64,000 nt of DNA from a virus, in IMG/VR virus record IMGVR_UViG_3300005841_000032, positions 32,001 through 96,000 of that record, one strand, 5' to 3'. Shown in pieces: positions 40,174 through 49,759 of the stretch. The position numbers were made by a program, and so were the translations under genes. The first letter of the stretch is position 1, and the number at the start of each line of letters is the position of its first letter. A model generated the notes under the pieces. It worked only from the letters and a program-made list of their open reading frames with translations, was not told the origin of the DNA and ran no database searches.

Positions 40174-41211
40174 TCAAAAAAAACCTTCTGCCTTTTGAAT
40201 AGTAGGAACTGAATCTATATTTAATTCAGGAAACTCCATTGCGATCAAATGATCTTTTAAATCAAAGAATAAATCAGCATCCATCCATTCATCTGATTTC
40301 ATCCATTTAGCATTCTGGCTTTCACCGTCAAGTATTGCTACTTCACCTTGTGGATAAGCAGATAAATAAAATGCCCACTTTTTATCATCGCATTTAGCTT
40401 TACCTATGATCCACATTGATGATGGATCGCATTCTAAATTTGCTTCTTCTTTAAGTTCTCTTGCGGCTGCTTGGTTAATACTTTCGCCTTCGTCGATATG
40501 ACCTCCCGGTAAACACCATTGATTAGGTGCAACATCTTTTGCACTTGCTCTTTGAAGGAAAAGAATTTTTCCATCTTTCTTTACAATTACATTTGCATAA
40601 TGTCCTTCAAAAGTAACGGCTTTTTCTATTGTTTCTTCCACAATAGGTTCAGCTTCGCTTTTTTTTTGCTCTATCTGTTTTTTTTCAAATAGATCACTAT
40701 CCGCTTTAACAATTAAATCAATAGATGTCACGATAGCACGAAGTTGATTTGTTACCTCTTCACCTTTAATTAAGCTCGTTTCTTGCCACGTTGACATTAT
40801 ATCTCCAATAGCCCTTTGTTCTTCTTCTGAAAGCAATGAAGTTAATTCAATAGATTTGCTTAATATTTCAGCTTCTAAATTATCTTTTTGATCTTGTTTA
40901 TGATTTATTTTATCAGTTAGTTCTTTTGCTTTTCCTAAGAAATCATTAGTGATTCTATCTAATCTATCACTTAATGATTTCTTATTATAACTGCCTTCAC
41001 TAGAACCTTTTTCAATCAATTTTTCACAAGCTTGAATTTTTAATTCAAAATCATTTGAAACTGAATCAAATTCTACTTGAGCCTTTTTTAACTCTGATCT
41101 TAATTCAACCAATTCTCCGTCTACTTTTTCAAAAGTATCTATTGACTGTTCGTCTTCAAGAACAATACTCTTAATACCAGCCCACTCTCTTATTTTATTT
41201 AAAAAACTCAT
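40174..41211 (-). CDS. coiled-coil + Nudix hydrolase protein
   Basis: WCLPGGHIDEGESINQAAARELKEEANL Nudix box. Confidence 0.85.
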   Translation of the reverse strand: MSFLNKIREWAGIKSIVLEDEQSIDTFEKVDGELVELRSELKKAQVEFDSVSNDFELKIQACEKLIEKGSSEGSYNKKSLSDRLDRITNDFLGKAKELTDKINHKQDQKDNLEAEILSKSIELTSLLSEEEQRAIGDIMSTWQETSLIKGEEVTNQLRAIVTSIDLIVKADSDLFEKKQIEQKKSEAEPIVEETIEKAVTFEGHYANVIVKKDGKILFLQRASAKDVAPNQWCLPGGHIDEGESINQAAARELKEEANLECDPSSMWIIGKAKCDDKKWAFYLSAYPQGEVAILDGESQNAKWMKSDEWMDADLFFDLKDHLIAMEFPELNIDSVPTIQKAEGFF

Positions 41212-41543
41212 TAAGTTCTTGGATAAACACCACTAGTCATATGTTGCGAAGAATCTGATTGTGCACCATCATGTATAATAAAAAATGTCTGATCACAAGC
41301 GCTAATTATACTCAAAGGATATGGAACGCGCCCCTTGGCCACAGACATATTTGCAAACGCATTGCCGTGCTTGTCTTTGCCACTAATTATCGCATCTGCA
41401 TTTACATGAATTTTAAAGTAAGCCAATTCATATCCTAGAGATGCACTTACCTGCTTGTTTGCATTAACTATTCCCGGTTCAATATAACTACCATCAGGAA
41501 TAATTACACTATCATTAGCTCTTTTTGGCTGTAAACTTTTCAT
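41211..41543 (-). CDS. small probable virion protein
   Basis: 110 aa in a late-motif-driven unit. Confidence 0.5.
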   Translation of the reverse strand: MKSLQPKRANDSVIIPDGSYIEPGIVNANKQVSASLGYELAYFKIHVNADAIISGKDKHGNAFANMSVAKGRVPYPLSIISACDQTFFIIHDGAQSDSSQHMTSGVYPRT

Positions 41544-41546
41544 TGA

Positions 41547-41747
41547 TTAAGAAGTAGTTACTGTTTTCCAAGATGTATTTTCTTTTACTTTCAATTTGTT
41601 AGTTGTAGTGTTATAATAAATAGATGCAGCATTAGCAACCCCATTTGCAACGGCTGCATCCGCTGCCGCATCGCTAGCAAATTTAGGAATTTCAAGCAGT
41701 TGCCCCTTAGTTGTTTGTGCTGATTTTTGTTTAGCAGAAGATTTCAT
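41547..41747 (-). CDS. small probable head decoration/fibre protein
   Basis: IYYNTTTNKLKV fibre-type motif; late motif upstream. Confidence 0.55.
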   Translation of the reverse strand: MKSSAKQKSAQTTKGQLLEIPKFASDAAADAAVANGVANAASIYYNTTTNKLKVKENTSWKTVTTS

Positions 41748-41776
41748 TTTGATAGTTTAATTATCTTTAAAAATAC

Positions 41777-42496
41777 TTAAATCATTTCGTATTTACTTGG
41801 ATTTGGATATAACTCATTTAATACATTAAGCATCTTAAATCCTATTGCCCCATTCCCCATTGAAAATACCTTCCTGTCTTTTATAATTTCTTTGATCTCT
41901 GTTTCTGTAATCTGACTATTTATTTTACAATCAGGCTCTCTTACGCCCTCTATTTTTAATGAATTTGCGTACATGGACTTAACGACATAACTCACTTTTT
42001 GATCCCAGTCATACTTTGTCATTACATCTATAAATTTTTTTTTATTATAAATAATAGGCATGTGTATATCAAAACTTTTCGTTTCTAATCCAAGAGAACT
42101 AAGGGTTCTATAAGCATTGTCAACCGCTTTCTTGTATCTATTTCCCGGTTTCATCATTTTAGATGAGTCTCGTAAATTACTTTTCCAAAAATACGGAAAA
42201 TCGCCTGCAATAAAGTCTTGTAATATAAAATGGTCATCATTAAAAAATAAAAAGTCATCTGATATTTCTTTTTCCTGACAAGCTCTTAAAATCTTTCTGT
42301 AAATATTAGTTTCCTTACAAGGATGTTCATCTTTAAATTCTATATGTCTGACATTTTGTAAAAATGGTGGACGATAACCTACTATCCAAATGTTACCATA
42401 ATTAGATAGATGTTTTTCTATAGAACGAAGCGAATATTTAATTTCTAAATCATTCCATAGCGAACCCCTGCCCAGTGTACAAATCAGATCAATCAT
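41777..42496 (-). CDS. Stealth-like glycosyl/phosphotransferase
   Basis: EIKYSLRSIEKH and FLFFNDDHF match Stealth CR2. Confidence 0.65.
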   Translation of the reverse strand: MIDLICTLGRGSLWNDLEIKYSLRSIEKHLSNYGNIWIVGYRPPFLQNVRHIEFKDEHPCKETNIYRKILRACQEKEISDDFLFFNDDHFILQDFIAGDFPYFWKSNLRDSSKMMKPGNRYKKAVDNAYRTLSSLGLETKSFDIHMPIIYNKKKFIDVMTKYDWDQKVSYVVKSMYANSLKIEGVREPDCKINSQITETEIKEIIKDRKVFSMGNGAIGFKMLNVLNELYPNPSKYEMI

Positions 42497-42524
42497 TTAA
42501 CTGTGAAATTTAATTTCAATAAAA

Positions 42525-42548
42525 CAGCCCGATATTTCTATCGGGCTG
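42525..42548 (-). terminator. intrinsic terminator
   Basis: CAGCCCGAT/ATCGGGCTG stem followed by TTTT on the minus strand. Confidence 0.65.
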
Positions 42549-42579
42549 GAAAACAGAAAGAAAACAGAGAAAACACTAA

Positions 42580-42885
42580 TTAGCTACCGGAACCCATATC
42601 TACTAAAAGAATGGAGTCTTGTCCGGAAGTATCAATACTTGTTAAATTAAAACCATAATGAGTGGCCAAATCGACCATTTCATCTAAATTATAAGGACCG
42701 CCGCCTATTTTGCGGTAACGCTGAAATGTAGCCATTACCTGTTCAGCGTGTGTATTGTGAACGTCTTGTGGGTCCAATCCAAAAACTTGATATATTGTAA
42801 AATTCTTATTGTTGTGACTAGCTAAATCAGTTCTAAATGTTACACGAAATGAACCTGAATCGTTAGAAAAAATTAAGTCTCTCAT
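42580..42885 (-). CDS. small probable virion protein
   Basis: 101 aa flanked by the late motif and a terminator. Confidence 0.5.
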   Translation of the reverse strand: MRDLIFSNDSGSFRVTFRTDLASHNNKNFTIYQVFGLDPQDVHNTHAEQVMATFQRYRKIGGGPYNLDEMVDLATHYGFNLTSIDTSGQDSILLVDMGSGS

Positions 42886-42945
42886 TGAGTTTTATTTGTA
42901 CCAATTTTAAAAATACGCAATTTACTTTTACTATTTCACTAATTT

Positions 42946-43602
42946 TTATTCATGTTTATGAACTATTAGATAATCTTTTTCTATATCCAAATATTCAGGA
43001 CAAGATATATCTAAATTATGTTTTTCGCCAATATAAGTAAACATCGCTTGATCGAAATTCATAAACTCAAGCACTTTAAGCCACCAATCATTAAAAGCTT
43101 CGTTTACTTTTTTATTATTTCTTCTAGCAAAAAATCTGGTTATGAATAATACATGATTTTCAGTAATGTGACTATTCTTATAAAACGTCATTTCTTCTTC
43201 TATCGGCTCATTGCCATATCTTTTTATAAGATACTCCGCCCCTTTCTCTATATTCGTTTTAATATATTCAAGCTCATCATATACATTACTTCGTTCATAA
43301 TGATCTGAAATTACTATATCGTTTCCGGTTAACAATTCCACCATCTTGCTCACAAACTTATCGTTTACTATTTCAACACTAGAGTCTACCCAAACATAAA
43401 TATCGTAATCAGGCAAAAACCTGTGAGTCATTATTTTTACATACTTGCTTTTAAGCCTAGCATTCAAATTGGGCAAAGGGAATGGAAGGCTACTATCGTG
43501 AAATTTATAAAAGTCACAAATATAATCTTGATCTTCCCAATGACGATCTTTTTCAAAATTTCCTACATTCGCTGTTACAAGCGCAACCCGTAATTTTTTC
43601 AA
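42946..43602 (-). CDS. DUF616-like glycosyltransferase
   Basis: SKYVKIMTHRFLPDYDIYVWVDS, H.ER..VYDE, DQAMF. Confidence 0.7.
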   Translation of the reverse strand: MKKLRVALVTANVGNFEKDRHWEDQDYICDFYKFHDSSLPFPLPNLNARLKSKYVKIMTHRFLPDYDIYVWVDSSVEIVNDKFVSKMVELLTGNDIVISDHYERSNVYDELEYIKTNIEKGAEYLIKRYGNEPIEEEMTFYKNSHITENHVLFITRFFARRNNKKVNEAFNDWWLKVLEFMNFDQAMFTYIGEKHNLDISCPEYLDIEKDYLIVHKHE

Positions 43603-44150
43603 AGCAAGTGTGATTTGTCTTTATAGTCGTTTGGCATTCCCATGCGATACAAATGCAGACAATAAATTGCATCCATCCTTAAAATCTTTCTTCCCGACTG
43701 CAATATTCTATCTGAATACTCATTATCAACACCTAAACATTTCCCATCTTCATTGAATTTTATTTCATTCCATGTTTTCTTACTAATCAACATAATAAAT
43801 CCAGAAATATGCTTATGTAATTCAGTAACATTTGTCCCACAAGTATCAATAAATTGTTTAGCTCTTTTTATATGTTCTTTAATATTAACTTCCTCAAACA
43901 TTGTTAAATCAACTTGCTGTTTTGCTCCCGGATGCAATCTATTAACCCAACAAGTAAATATTCCCGTATCTGGGTATTTGACTATATATTCATACATTCT
44001 TTTAATCGCATCATGAGTAAGAAGCATTGTGTCCCAATCCATTAAGCAAACCCAATCTTCTTCATCTATATTTTTAAAAACATCATTATATGATTTGCCT
44101 AAATTCTTTGCAGGAGTTGGATCATATGGATGAATTGCATAAATTCTCAT
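43599..44150 (-). CDS. GT-A fold (GT2-like) glycosyltransferase
   Basis: LGKSYN, CLMDWD (DxD), GVDNEYS. Confidence 0.65.
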   Translation of the reverse strand: MRIYAIHPYDPTPAKNLGKSYNDVFKNIDEEDWVCLMDWDTMLLTHDAIKRMYEYIVKYPDTGIFTCWVNRLHPGAKQQVDLTMFEEVNIKEHIKRAKQFIDTCGTNVTELHKHISGFIMLISKKTWNEIKFNEDGKCLGVDNEYSDRILQSGRKILRMDAIYCLHLYRMGMPNDYKDKSHLL

Positions 44151-44746
44151 TTATGCAATTGTTTAAAATAATCAACAGATACAAGATTAAGCCACTCTCT
44201 TCTATTCTTATCTAAATTTTCATAAGTCAATTCTTCTTTTCTATTTATTGGAATCTGTTTTCCTTTTCGTATCACACAGCATCCCCAATCAGTATCTACC
44301 GTATACATTCTTAAATCACTTCTTGCCCTCAATTCTACAATAGTTTTCCAAACATCACCGGTCCACTGCTTACTTTCTCTCGGTACACGTTGAACTAATT
44401 CACTTGTTGGATTACAATCATGAACAACAATAAAGCCATTGTCTGAAATATTTTTAAATGAATTATTAATATCTTTTTCAACTTGTTCTTTTTCATGTAG
44501 TCCGTCTATAAACCAAATATCTATTTTATTTGAATTATAAACAGGATTATTAAATAGCCCAAAAGTAAAAAAGTCATCAGAAGTTAAATGAATATCAGCA
44601 TCTGAATTTAAGTCTGGATCAACTGACAATTTATATTCGCATCGTATTTTATCAAAGTTGTTTTTCTTAAATTGAGTTCCAATTTCAATATATGACTTCA
44701 AATCGTATCTATCTATTAGCAATTGAATTATTTCAGTTCTTGTCAT
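44147..44746 (-). CDS. class I SAM methyltransferase (Methyltransf_24-like)
   Basis: YIEIG, SVDP, FIDGLH, VVHDCNP, WTGDVWK. Confidence 0.8.
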   Translation of the reverse strand: MTRTEIIQLLIDRYDLKSYIEIGTQFKKNNFDKIRCEYKLSVDPDLNSDADIHLTSDDFFTFGLFNNPVYNSNKIDIWFIDGLHEKEQVEKDINNSFKNISDNGFIVVHDCNPTSELVQRVPRESKQWTGDVWKTIVELRARSDLRMYTVDTDWGCCVIRKGKQIPINRKEELTYENLDKNRREWLNLVSVDYFKQLHK

Positions 44747-45425
44747 TATTATATCTTCTGTAATATTCTTTTGTAGGATATACTTTTCTTCTTTTAAAAC
44801 ATCTTGGCTTTTTCTCTTTATGTACGTGCTGATGATAAATTATATTTTCAAGAAAAGGGAAGTGATTAATTTTCATTCCCGGCATCATCCACCTTATAAA
44901 ATCAAACGATAATTGATCTCTAACTGAATTATCTTCTACTTCTTTCCACCAATAATCAGAGAATAAACTATTGTATTTATCATTGTCTCTAATTATGCAT
45001 CCGGTTGCACTTAACCCAAATTGCTCAGGAAATACAACATTACGATATTCATTAATCTGTTTACTTATTGTTTCCGCATTATCCTTTCCTAATTCAATAC
45101 ATCGCTTCGCCTCCTCATATAAACAATTTCTATCTGGGTGCTTCATTAACCAAAATCCATATTTGCCTTCAATGAATTTATCCAAAGGAATATTTATTTC
45201 TAAATTGCCATCTATCCAAACAGACTTATCATGTTTGGGCAACCAAGCATAAGGGCGTATTTTTATATCTCTGTATATCTTATCTTTCTTTTCTATTTTT
45301 ACTATCTCCCATGTTTTAGATTCAATAGGAGTATTTGAAAAACAAATTGCTCTCCATCCTTCGGGAAGATTAACTTCTTTTAGCCGGTCGTAGTTGTCTA
45401 TAATACAAGAGAAAAGAATATTCAA
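44733..45425 (-). CDS. DUF616-like glycosyltransferase
   Basis: SVWIDGN, HPDRNCLYEEA, RDQLSF. Confidence 0.75.
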   Translation of the reverse strand: MNILFSCIIDNYDRLKEVNLPEGWRAICFSNTPIESKTWEIVKIEKKDKIYRDIKIRPYAWLPKHDKSVWIDGNLEINIPLDKFIEGKYGFWLMKHPDRNCLYEEAKRCIELGKDNAETISKQINEYRNVVFPEQFGLSATGCIIRDNDKYNSLFSDYWWKEVEDNSVRDQLSFDFIRWMMPGMKINHFPFLENIIYHQHVHKEKKPRCFKRRKVYPTKEYYRRYNNDKN

Positions 45426-45638
45426 TCGTCAAATACTTTACTGGTAAATAACAAACTTAAATAACCAATTAGTACAAAAATACAACTAATTGCATAAACC
45501 AAAAATAGCAATCCAAAAAGCCAAACTAATGCTGCATTTACATATTTGTCATCTATTATAGTATTCCATATCCAAAATGGAATAAGTACAAATAGTAGCA
45601 TGATAACTATGGCAGCAATAGATTGTAATATTCTTTTT

Positions 45639-46622
45639 TCATTTGCTTAATTCTTTCATCCAATGATTAATCATTTCATCTAATGTTTGCTCAAAGGTAT
45701 ATTGAGGCATCCATCCAAGTAAATTTTTTGCTTTACTGGCATCGCCACAAAGATGATTCAATTCGGTTGGCCTAAAATATTTTGAATTGATCCTTACGTG
45801 CGTGTCAAAATTTAAATTCAATCTTGTAAATACATAATTAATCAAATCTCGTACAGACTGAGTTTTACCAGTAGCTATTATAAAATCATCTGGCTTTTCA
45901 TAATTAATTATTTTCATTTGAGCTTTACTGTAATCGCTAGCATGCCCCCAATCGCGATAAGAATCAAGATTGCCTATTTCTAATATATTAGTTTTAGACA
46001 ACCCCAATTTTATTTTTACTGCCTCCTTAACAACTTTACTTGTTACAAAATTACTTCCTCTTCTAGGGCTTTCGTGATTGAAACAAATAGAATTACAAGC
46101 ATGTAGACCATAAGAATGCCTGTAAACCCTAACAATATGATAAGCATATAACTTAGCTACTCCATAAGGAGAAACCGGCAACATGGGGGTACTTAATCTT
46201 TGTACGCCATCTGCGTCACATGAATTACCAAACATCTCGCTAGATGATGCTTGTAAAAACTTAGCTTGTGGGCAAATCTCCCTATATGCTTCTAAAATAT
46301 TCAAAGTTCCTAGCGCATTAATTTGCGTCGTCAAACTTTGAATATCAAAACTAATTCTTACATGTGATTGCGCCGCAAGATTATATATTTCATCTGGCTG
46401 CGACTGTTTAAGTAAATTTCTAATCGAATTTGTATCCAATAAATCGCCATACACGACCTCTATTCGATTATCTAAATGTGATATTCTGCTCTCTTGATGT
46501 TCAGGGGTACTATTGCGTCGAATCATACCATAGACCTTATAGTTTTGATCTAATAGATGTTCTGCAAGATAAGAACCAGTTTGACCCGCTATTCCAAAAA
46601 CAATAGCTTTTTTATTATTCAT
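45639..46622 (-). CDS. gmd: GDP-mannose 4,6-dehydratase (likely start MNNKKA)
   Basis: GIAGQTGSYLAE, PDEIYNLAAQSHV, QASSSE, SPYGVAKLY, FNHESPRRG, RDWGHA. Confidence 0.92.
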   Translation of the reverse strand: MNNKKAIVFGIAGQTGSYLAEHLLDQNYKVYGMIRRNSTPEHQESRISHLDNRIEVVYGDLLDTNSIRNLLKQSQPDEIYNLAAQSHVRISFDIQSLTTQINALGTLNILEAYREICPQAKFLQASSSEMFGNSCDADGVQRLSTPMLPVSPYGVAKLYAYHIVRVYRHSYGLHACNSICFNHESPRRGSNFVTSKVVKEAVKIKLGLSKTNILEIGNLDSYRDWGHASDYSKAQMKIINYEKPDDFIIATGKTQSVRDLINYVFTRLNLNFDTHVRINSKYFRPTELNHLCGDASKAKNLLGWMPQYTFEQTLDEMINHWMKELSK

Positions 46623-47469
46623 TTTTATATTTCCATTTAAATCCCTTACATGTTTTAAGTCCATTATTGCCACTACAAAGATTAGATATATTGCCACATG
46701 CAAGTAACGAGCCGCATATATAAAGACTTGCGGCACGAATAGTGGGAAACTCATTCAATACCGCTTCTGATACAGGATCAATTTGAATAACTGCTCTACT
46801 TACTGGATGCGGATGGGTTGCATAATATTTCTTTTTAGATTCAGAATTATTCTTTTTCCTAACATCGTCATGCACCTGCTTAGAACTTGCAATAGATAAT
46901 TTCTTTCTAGTTTCCTCCGAAACAATCTTTCCCTTATGCGCTCTACTTACTGCCACTCTATGTTCGATAGTTGGTATATAAAAACCACCATATAAATCTA
47001 ATTTAGTTTTCAATCCCTTTTCAATAGATTCTTTGCTCTTAACAGTGCCTGTAACTCTATTGGCAATTCTTTTACATTCAGCTTTAGAATGTTTCATAAA
47101 TTTTCCACTTTTAGCTATCGGTAAAATATTAAAACCTAATCTTCTAAGCCGTGGGTCTTTTTTATTTGATTGAATATATTCTTGCGCAAACAAAAGGGTA
47201 TCTAGGTAAAATTGTTCATTAACCTTTGCTAATCTTATTTTAAAATCATTATGGGATTCGTTCACTTCCTTAACAATAGTCTGGAGCACGTGCCAAATAA
47301 ATGCTTCAACTCCATACTTATTATATGCCCTCTGTAAATACTTATTCTCATGCTTATTCAGCTTAAGTGCCCTAAAATGCTGATTTTTCCTTGCTGCCAA
47401 GTTAACTGCGCTACCAATATAAATCCTATTGTTTGATAAGCAAGTTATCTTATAAATACCACTACTCAT
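46615..47469 (-). CDS. GIY-YIG homing endonuclease
   Basis: SGIYKI...IYIGSA; SEETRKKLS NUMOD3. Confidence 0.9.
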   Translation of the reverse strand: MSSGIYKITCLSNNRIYIGSAVNLAARKNQHFRALKLNKHENKYLQRAYNKYGVEAFIWHVLQTIVKEVNESHNDFKIRLAKVNEQFYLDTLLFAQEYIQSNKKDPRLRRLGFNILPIAKSGKFMKHSKAECKRIANRVTGTVKSKESIEKGLKTKLDLYGGFYIPTIEHRVAVSRAHKGKIVSEETRKKLSIASSKQVHDDVRKKNNSESKKKYYATHPHPVSRAVIQIDPVSEAVLNEFPTIRAASLYICGSLLACGNISNLCSGNNGLKTCKGFKWKYKNE

Positions 47470-48137
47470 TAACGATATTCTTTAAATACATCCATTGATT
47501 TAACTAAATCAGGCCAATCTTTTATTGACCATTTTCTAGGCTCAGACTCAATAGCTTTCGGTAATTTTCCCAACGCCAAGGCTGCTAATTCAGGTTGGCA
47601 ATAAGCATGTATTCCAAATGAACTTATGTTTTGTTCTCTCCAAGGAATCATTGAAATACGTCCATCATAAGATAATTTCTTCAATTCTTTCGCTTTCTTT
47701 TCATTGTCAAGTAAAATAACTCCAAGCCTACCAACCGAAAGATGCTTTTGCTTTTGACAACTAATAACCATCATTGATCCACCTATATATGAATTGGCTT
47801 TCCATAAAACAGCCGCATCATGTATATCGTACCAAAATTTTTCTTCAACATCATAGCAAGATGCAAGTATATAATGCCCCTTCCATTCCCACCCCTCATA
47901 ATACCACTTTAGTTTAATTCCTAACTTTTTTGCAAGCATGGGAATAGAAACATATGTGTTTCTAGGAACGATTATTTCATCCACATTCATTAATCGTAAG
48001 CACAATTCAACTCCACTAGTACAACTATCAGTGGCAACCGCAAAAGGTGCTCCAAAGAATGCAGCTATTTGTTTTTCAAATTCTTCTACTACTTCAAAAC
48101 CATAATTTGGTAATTGGTCTACTGTTTTTATATTCAT
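47469..48137 (-). CDS. DegT/DnrJ/EryC1/StrS-family PLP sugar aminotransferase (short form)
   Basis: FEKQIA.FFG...AVATDSCT, PRNTYVS, HDAA, SCQKQKHL. Confidence 0.75.
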   Translation of the reverse strand: MNIKTVDQLPNYGFEVVEEFEKQIAAFFGAPFAVATDSCTSGVELCLRLMNVDEIIVPRNTYVSIPMLAKKLGIKLKWYYEGWEWKGHYILASCYDVEEKFWYDIHDAAVLWKANSYIGGSMMVISCQKQKHLSVGRLGVILLDNEKKAKELKKLSYDGRISMIPWREQNISSFGIHAYCQPELAALALGKLPKAIESEPRKWSIKDWPDLVKSMDVFKEYR

Positions 48138-48343
48138 TTCCAGTCGAATTCGCTTATTTGTCTAATTTCTCTTTCTTTATCTTCTTCATAAAGTACGTCA
48201 TACACTCTATAGTTTCTATAAGTTGATTCGGGCAAAGCTTCAATTGCTTCTGCCAATTGCTCATTGGTCAATGTAAATATCTTACTCATTAAAACTTTTT
48301 GAGCGGTTTCGCGACTAATGCTAAATGTGGATTTGACACTCAT
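48134..48343 (-). CDS. hypothetical protein
   Basis: 69 aa, coupled start/stop with neighbours. Confidence 0.5.
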   Translation of the reverse strand: MSVKSTFSISRETAQKVLMSKIFTLTNEQLAEAIEALPESTYRNYRVYDVLYEEDKEREIRQISEFDWK

Positions 48344-48990
48344 AAACTCTTATTCTTTAAAAGTACACTTCCATAAAATTCATTTTCCTCTACCGTTATC
48401 AATTCTTCAAAAGAAGGAAGTAAAGATAGTAATTCTTTTTTATTTAATTGTCCATTAAAAAGTTCTTTATCTGAGTACTCTAGGTACACAAATCTAGTTT
48501 TTTTTAATGTATCTGTTGCTCCCAATATAACATCTTGTTCAGCCCCATTTACATCACACCACAATAGATCTATAACATCAAAATTATGAAACCAAGCCCA
48601 CATATCAAGAGTTGATGAATCAACCATTTCTACTTCATCAAATTTAATATCATTGAAGTATTCAAGATGATTTTTTGGCTCTCTAATCGAACTGCTAGCA
48701 GACCAATTTTCTCTATTAATTCTATCGCTTTTATACAATGCGACTTGTTTCCAATCAACTGATCCAATGGCACATTTCCAAAGTGTTAAATTGTTATTGG
48801 AGCTATTTAATTGCTCAAAAAGCTTTTGCGATCTACTATCTGCTTCAAAACAATGTATTTCGCAATCATCAAATATATTATTAAAAGCAGCAGCGTCTTT
48901 ACCATCATAGGCGCCCACATCGAGTATTACCACCTTTTTATTATTACCAATTAAATTTGCAATCTGTTGTTTAATAGATTCCATATTCAT
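48340..48990 (-). CDS. FkbM-family methyltransferase
   Basis: ILDVGAYDG, HCFEAD, TLD, IDLLWCDVNGAE. Confidence 0.85.
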   Translation of the reverse strand: MNMESIKQQIANLIGNNKKVVILDVGAYDGKDAAAFNNIFDDCEIHCFEADSRSQKLFEQLNSSNNNLTLWKCAIGSVDWKQVALYKSDRINRENWSASSSIREPKNHLEYFNDIKFDEVEMVDSSTLDMWAWFHNFDVIDLLWCDVNGAEQDVILGATDTLKKTRFVYLEYSDKELFNGQLNKKELLSLLPSFEELITVEENEFYGSVLLKNKSL

Positions 48991-49759
48991 TTTTTAGTCC
49001 TTTGATTAAATGTGGATATACATATCTATCTTTCATTTCACTTAAAAGATATTCATATTCCTCGCCGTCCTTTTTAGTTTCATCTTCATTCAAAGAATGT
49101 TGATTGTAAATCGCTGTAACACTATCATATCTTTCCACTCTGTCTACGTTTTCTCCAATGCGTATCATAAAATCTCTATCTTCATTTCTATCTGGCAATT
49201 CTGCCCATGTCTTCCATCCGCCTATCTTATTCCATACATCTTTTGTATGACACATTGCTAAATTATCTTTTGTTCCTTCCTTATTTTCCACCACGTCTCC
49301 ATTCCATCTTAAGCCACCCTCAAAGTATAAGTCATTATCTAATATATCAGATATTCTTCTATTGTGCCACAATACATCTATAAATCTTGAATATCCTACT
49401 GTGTATTCATCATTCATTCCAATGAAAGTGCCTAAATGAAAATCAAATATAATATTATCATCATCACAATAGCAAATTTTATTTGATCTTGCCATATCCA
49501 CCCCAATATTTTTAGAAATAGCGCCTGCATTTTTTTGATTTAAAATGCCACCAGTACTCCAATTTTCTTCTAATATGAAACGCTTATCATATCTAAATGG
49601 AGTATCATTCATTACCCCTTTTGCATAATTGCAATGATCTGAAACTACAATACATTCAAAATTATGAAATCGACTACGCCAAATAGCAAGTAGGCAACGA
49701 AATAAGAAATCAGGGCGATTTTTTGTGGCGACTATTATAGAAATTTCAGACTTACTCAT
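48971..49759 (-). CDS. GT2 glycosyltransferase
   Basis: ISIIVATKNR, ECIVVSD, KNIG, YCDDD, EDRDF. Confidence 0.85.
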   Translation of the reverse strand: MSKSEISIIVATKNRPDFLFRCLLAIWRSRFHNFECIVVSDHCNYAKGVMNDTPFRYDKRFILEENWSTGGILNQKNAGAISKNIGVDMARSNKICYCDDDNIIFDFHLGTFIGMNDEYTVGYSRFIDVLWHNRRISDILDNDLYFEGGLRWNGDVVENKEGTKDNLAMCHTKDVWNKIGGWKTWAELPDRNEDRDFMIRIGENVDRVERYDSVTAIYNQHSLNEDETKKDGEEYEYLLSEMKDRYVYPHLIKGLKNEYGIY

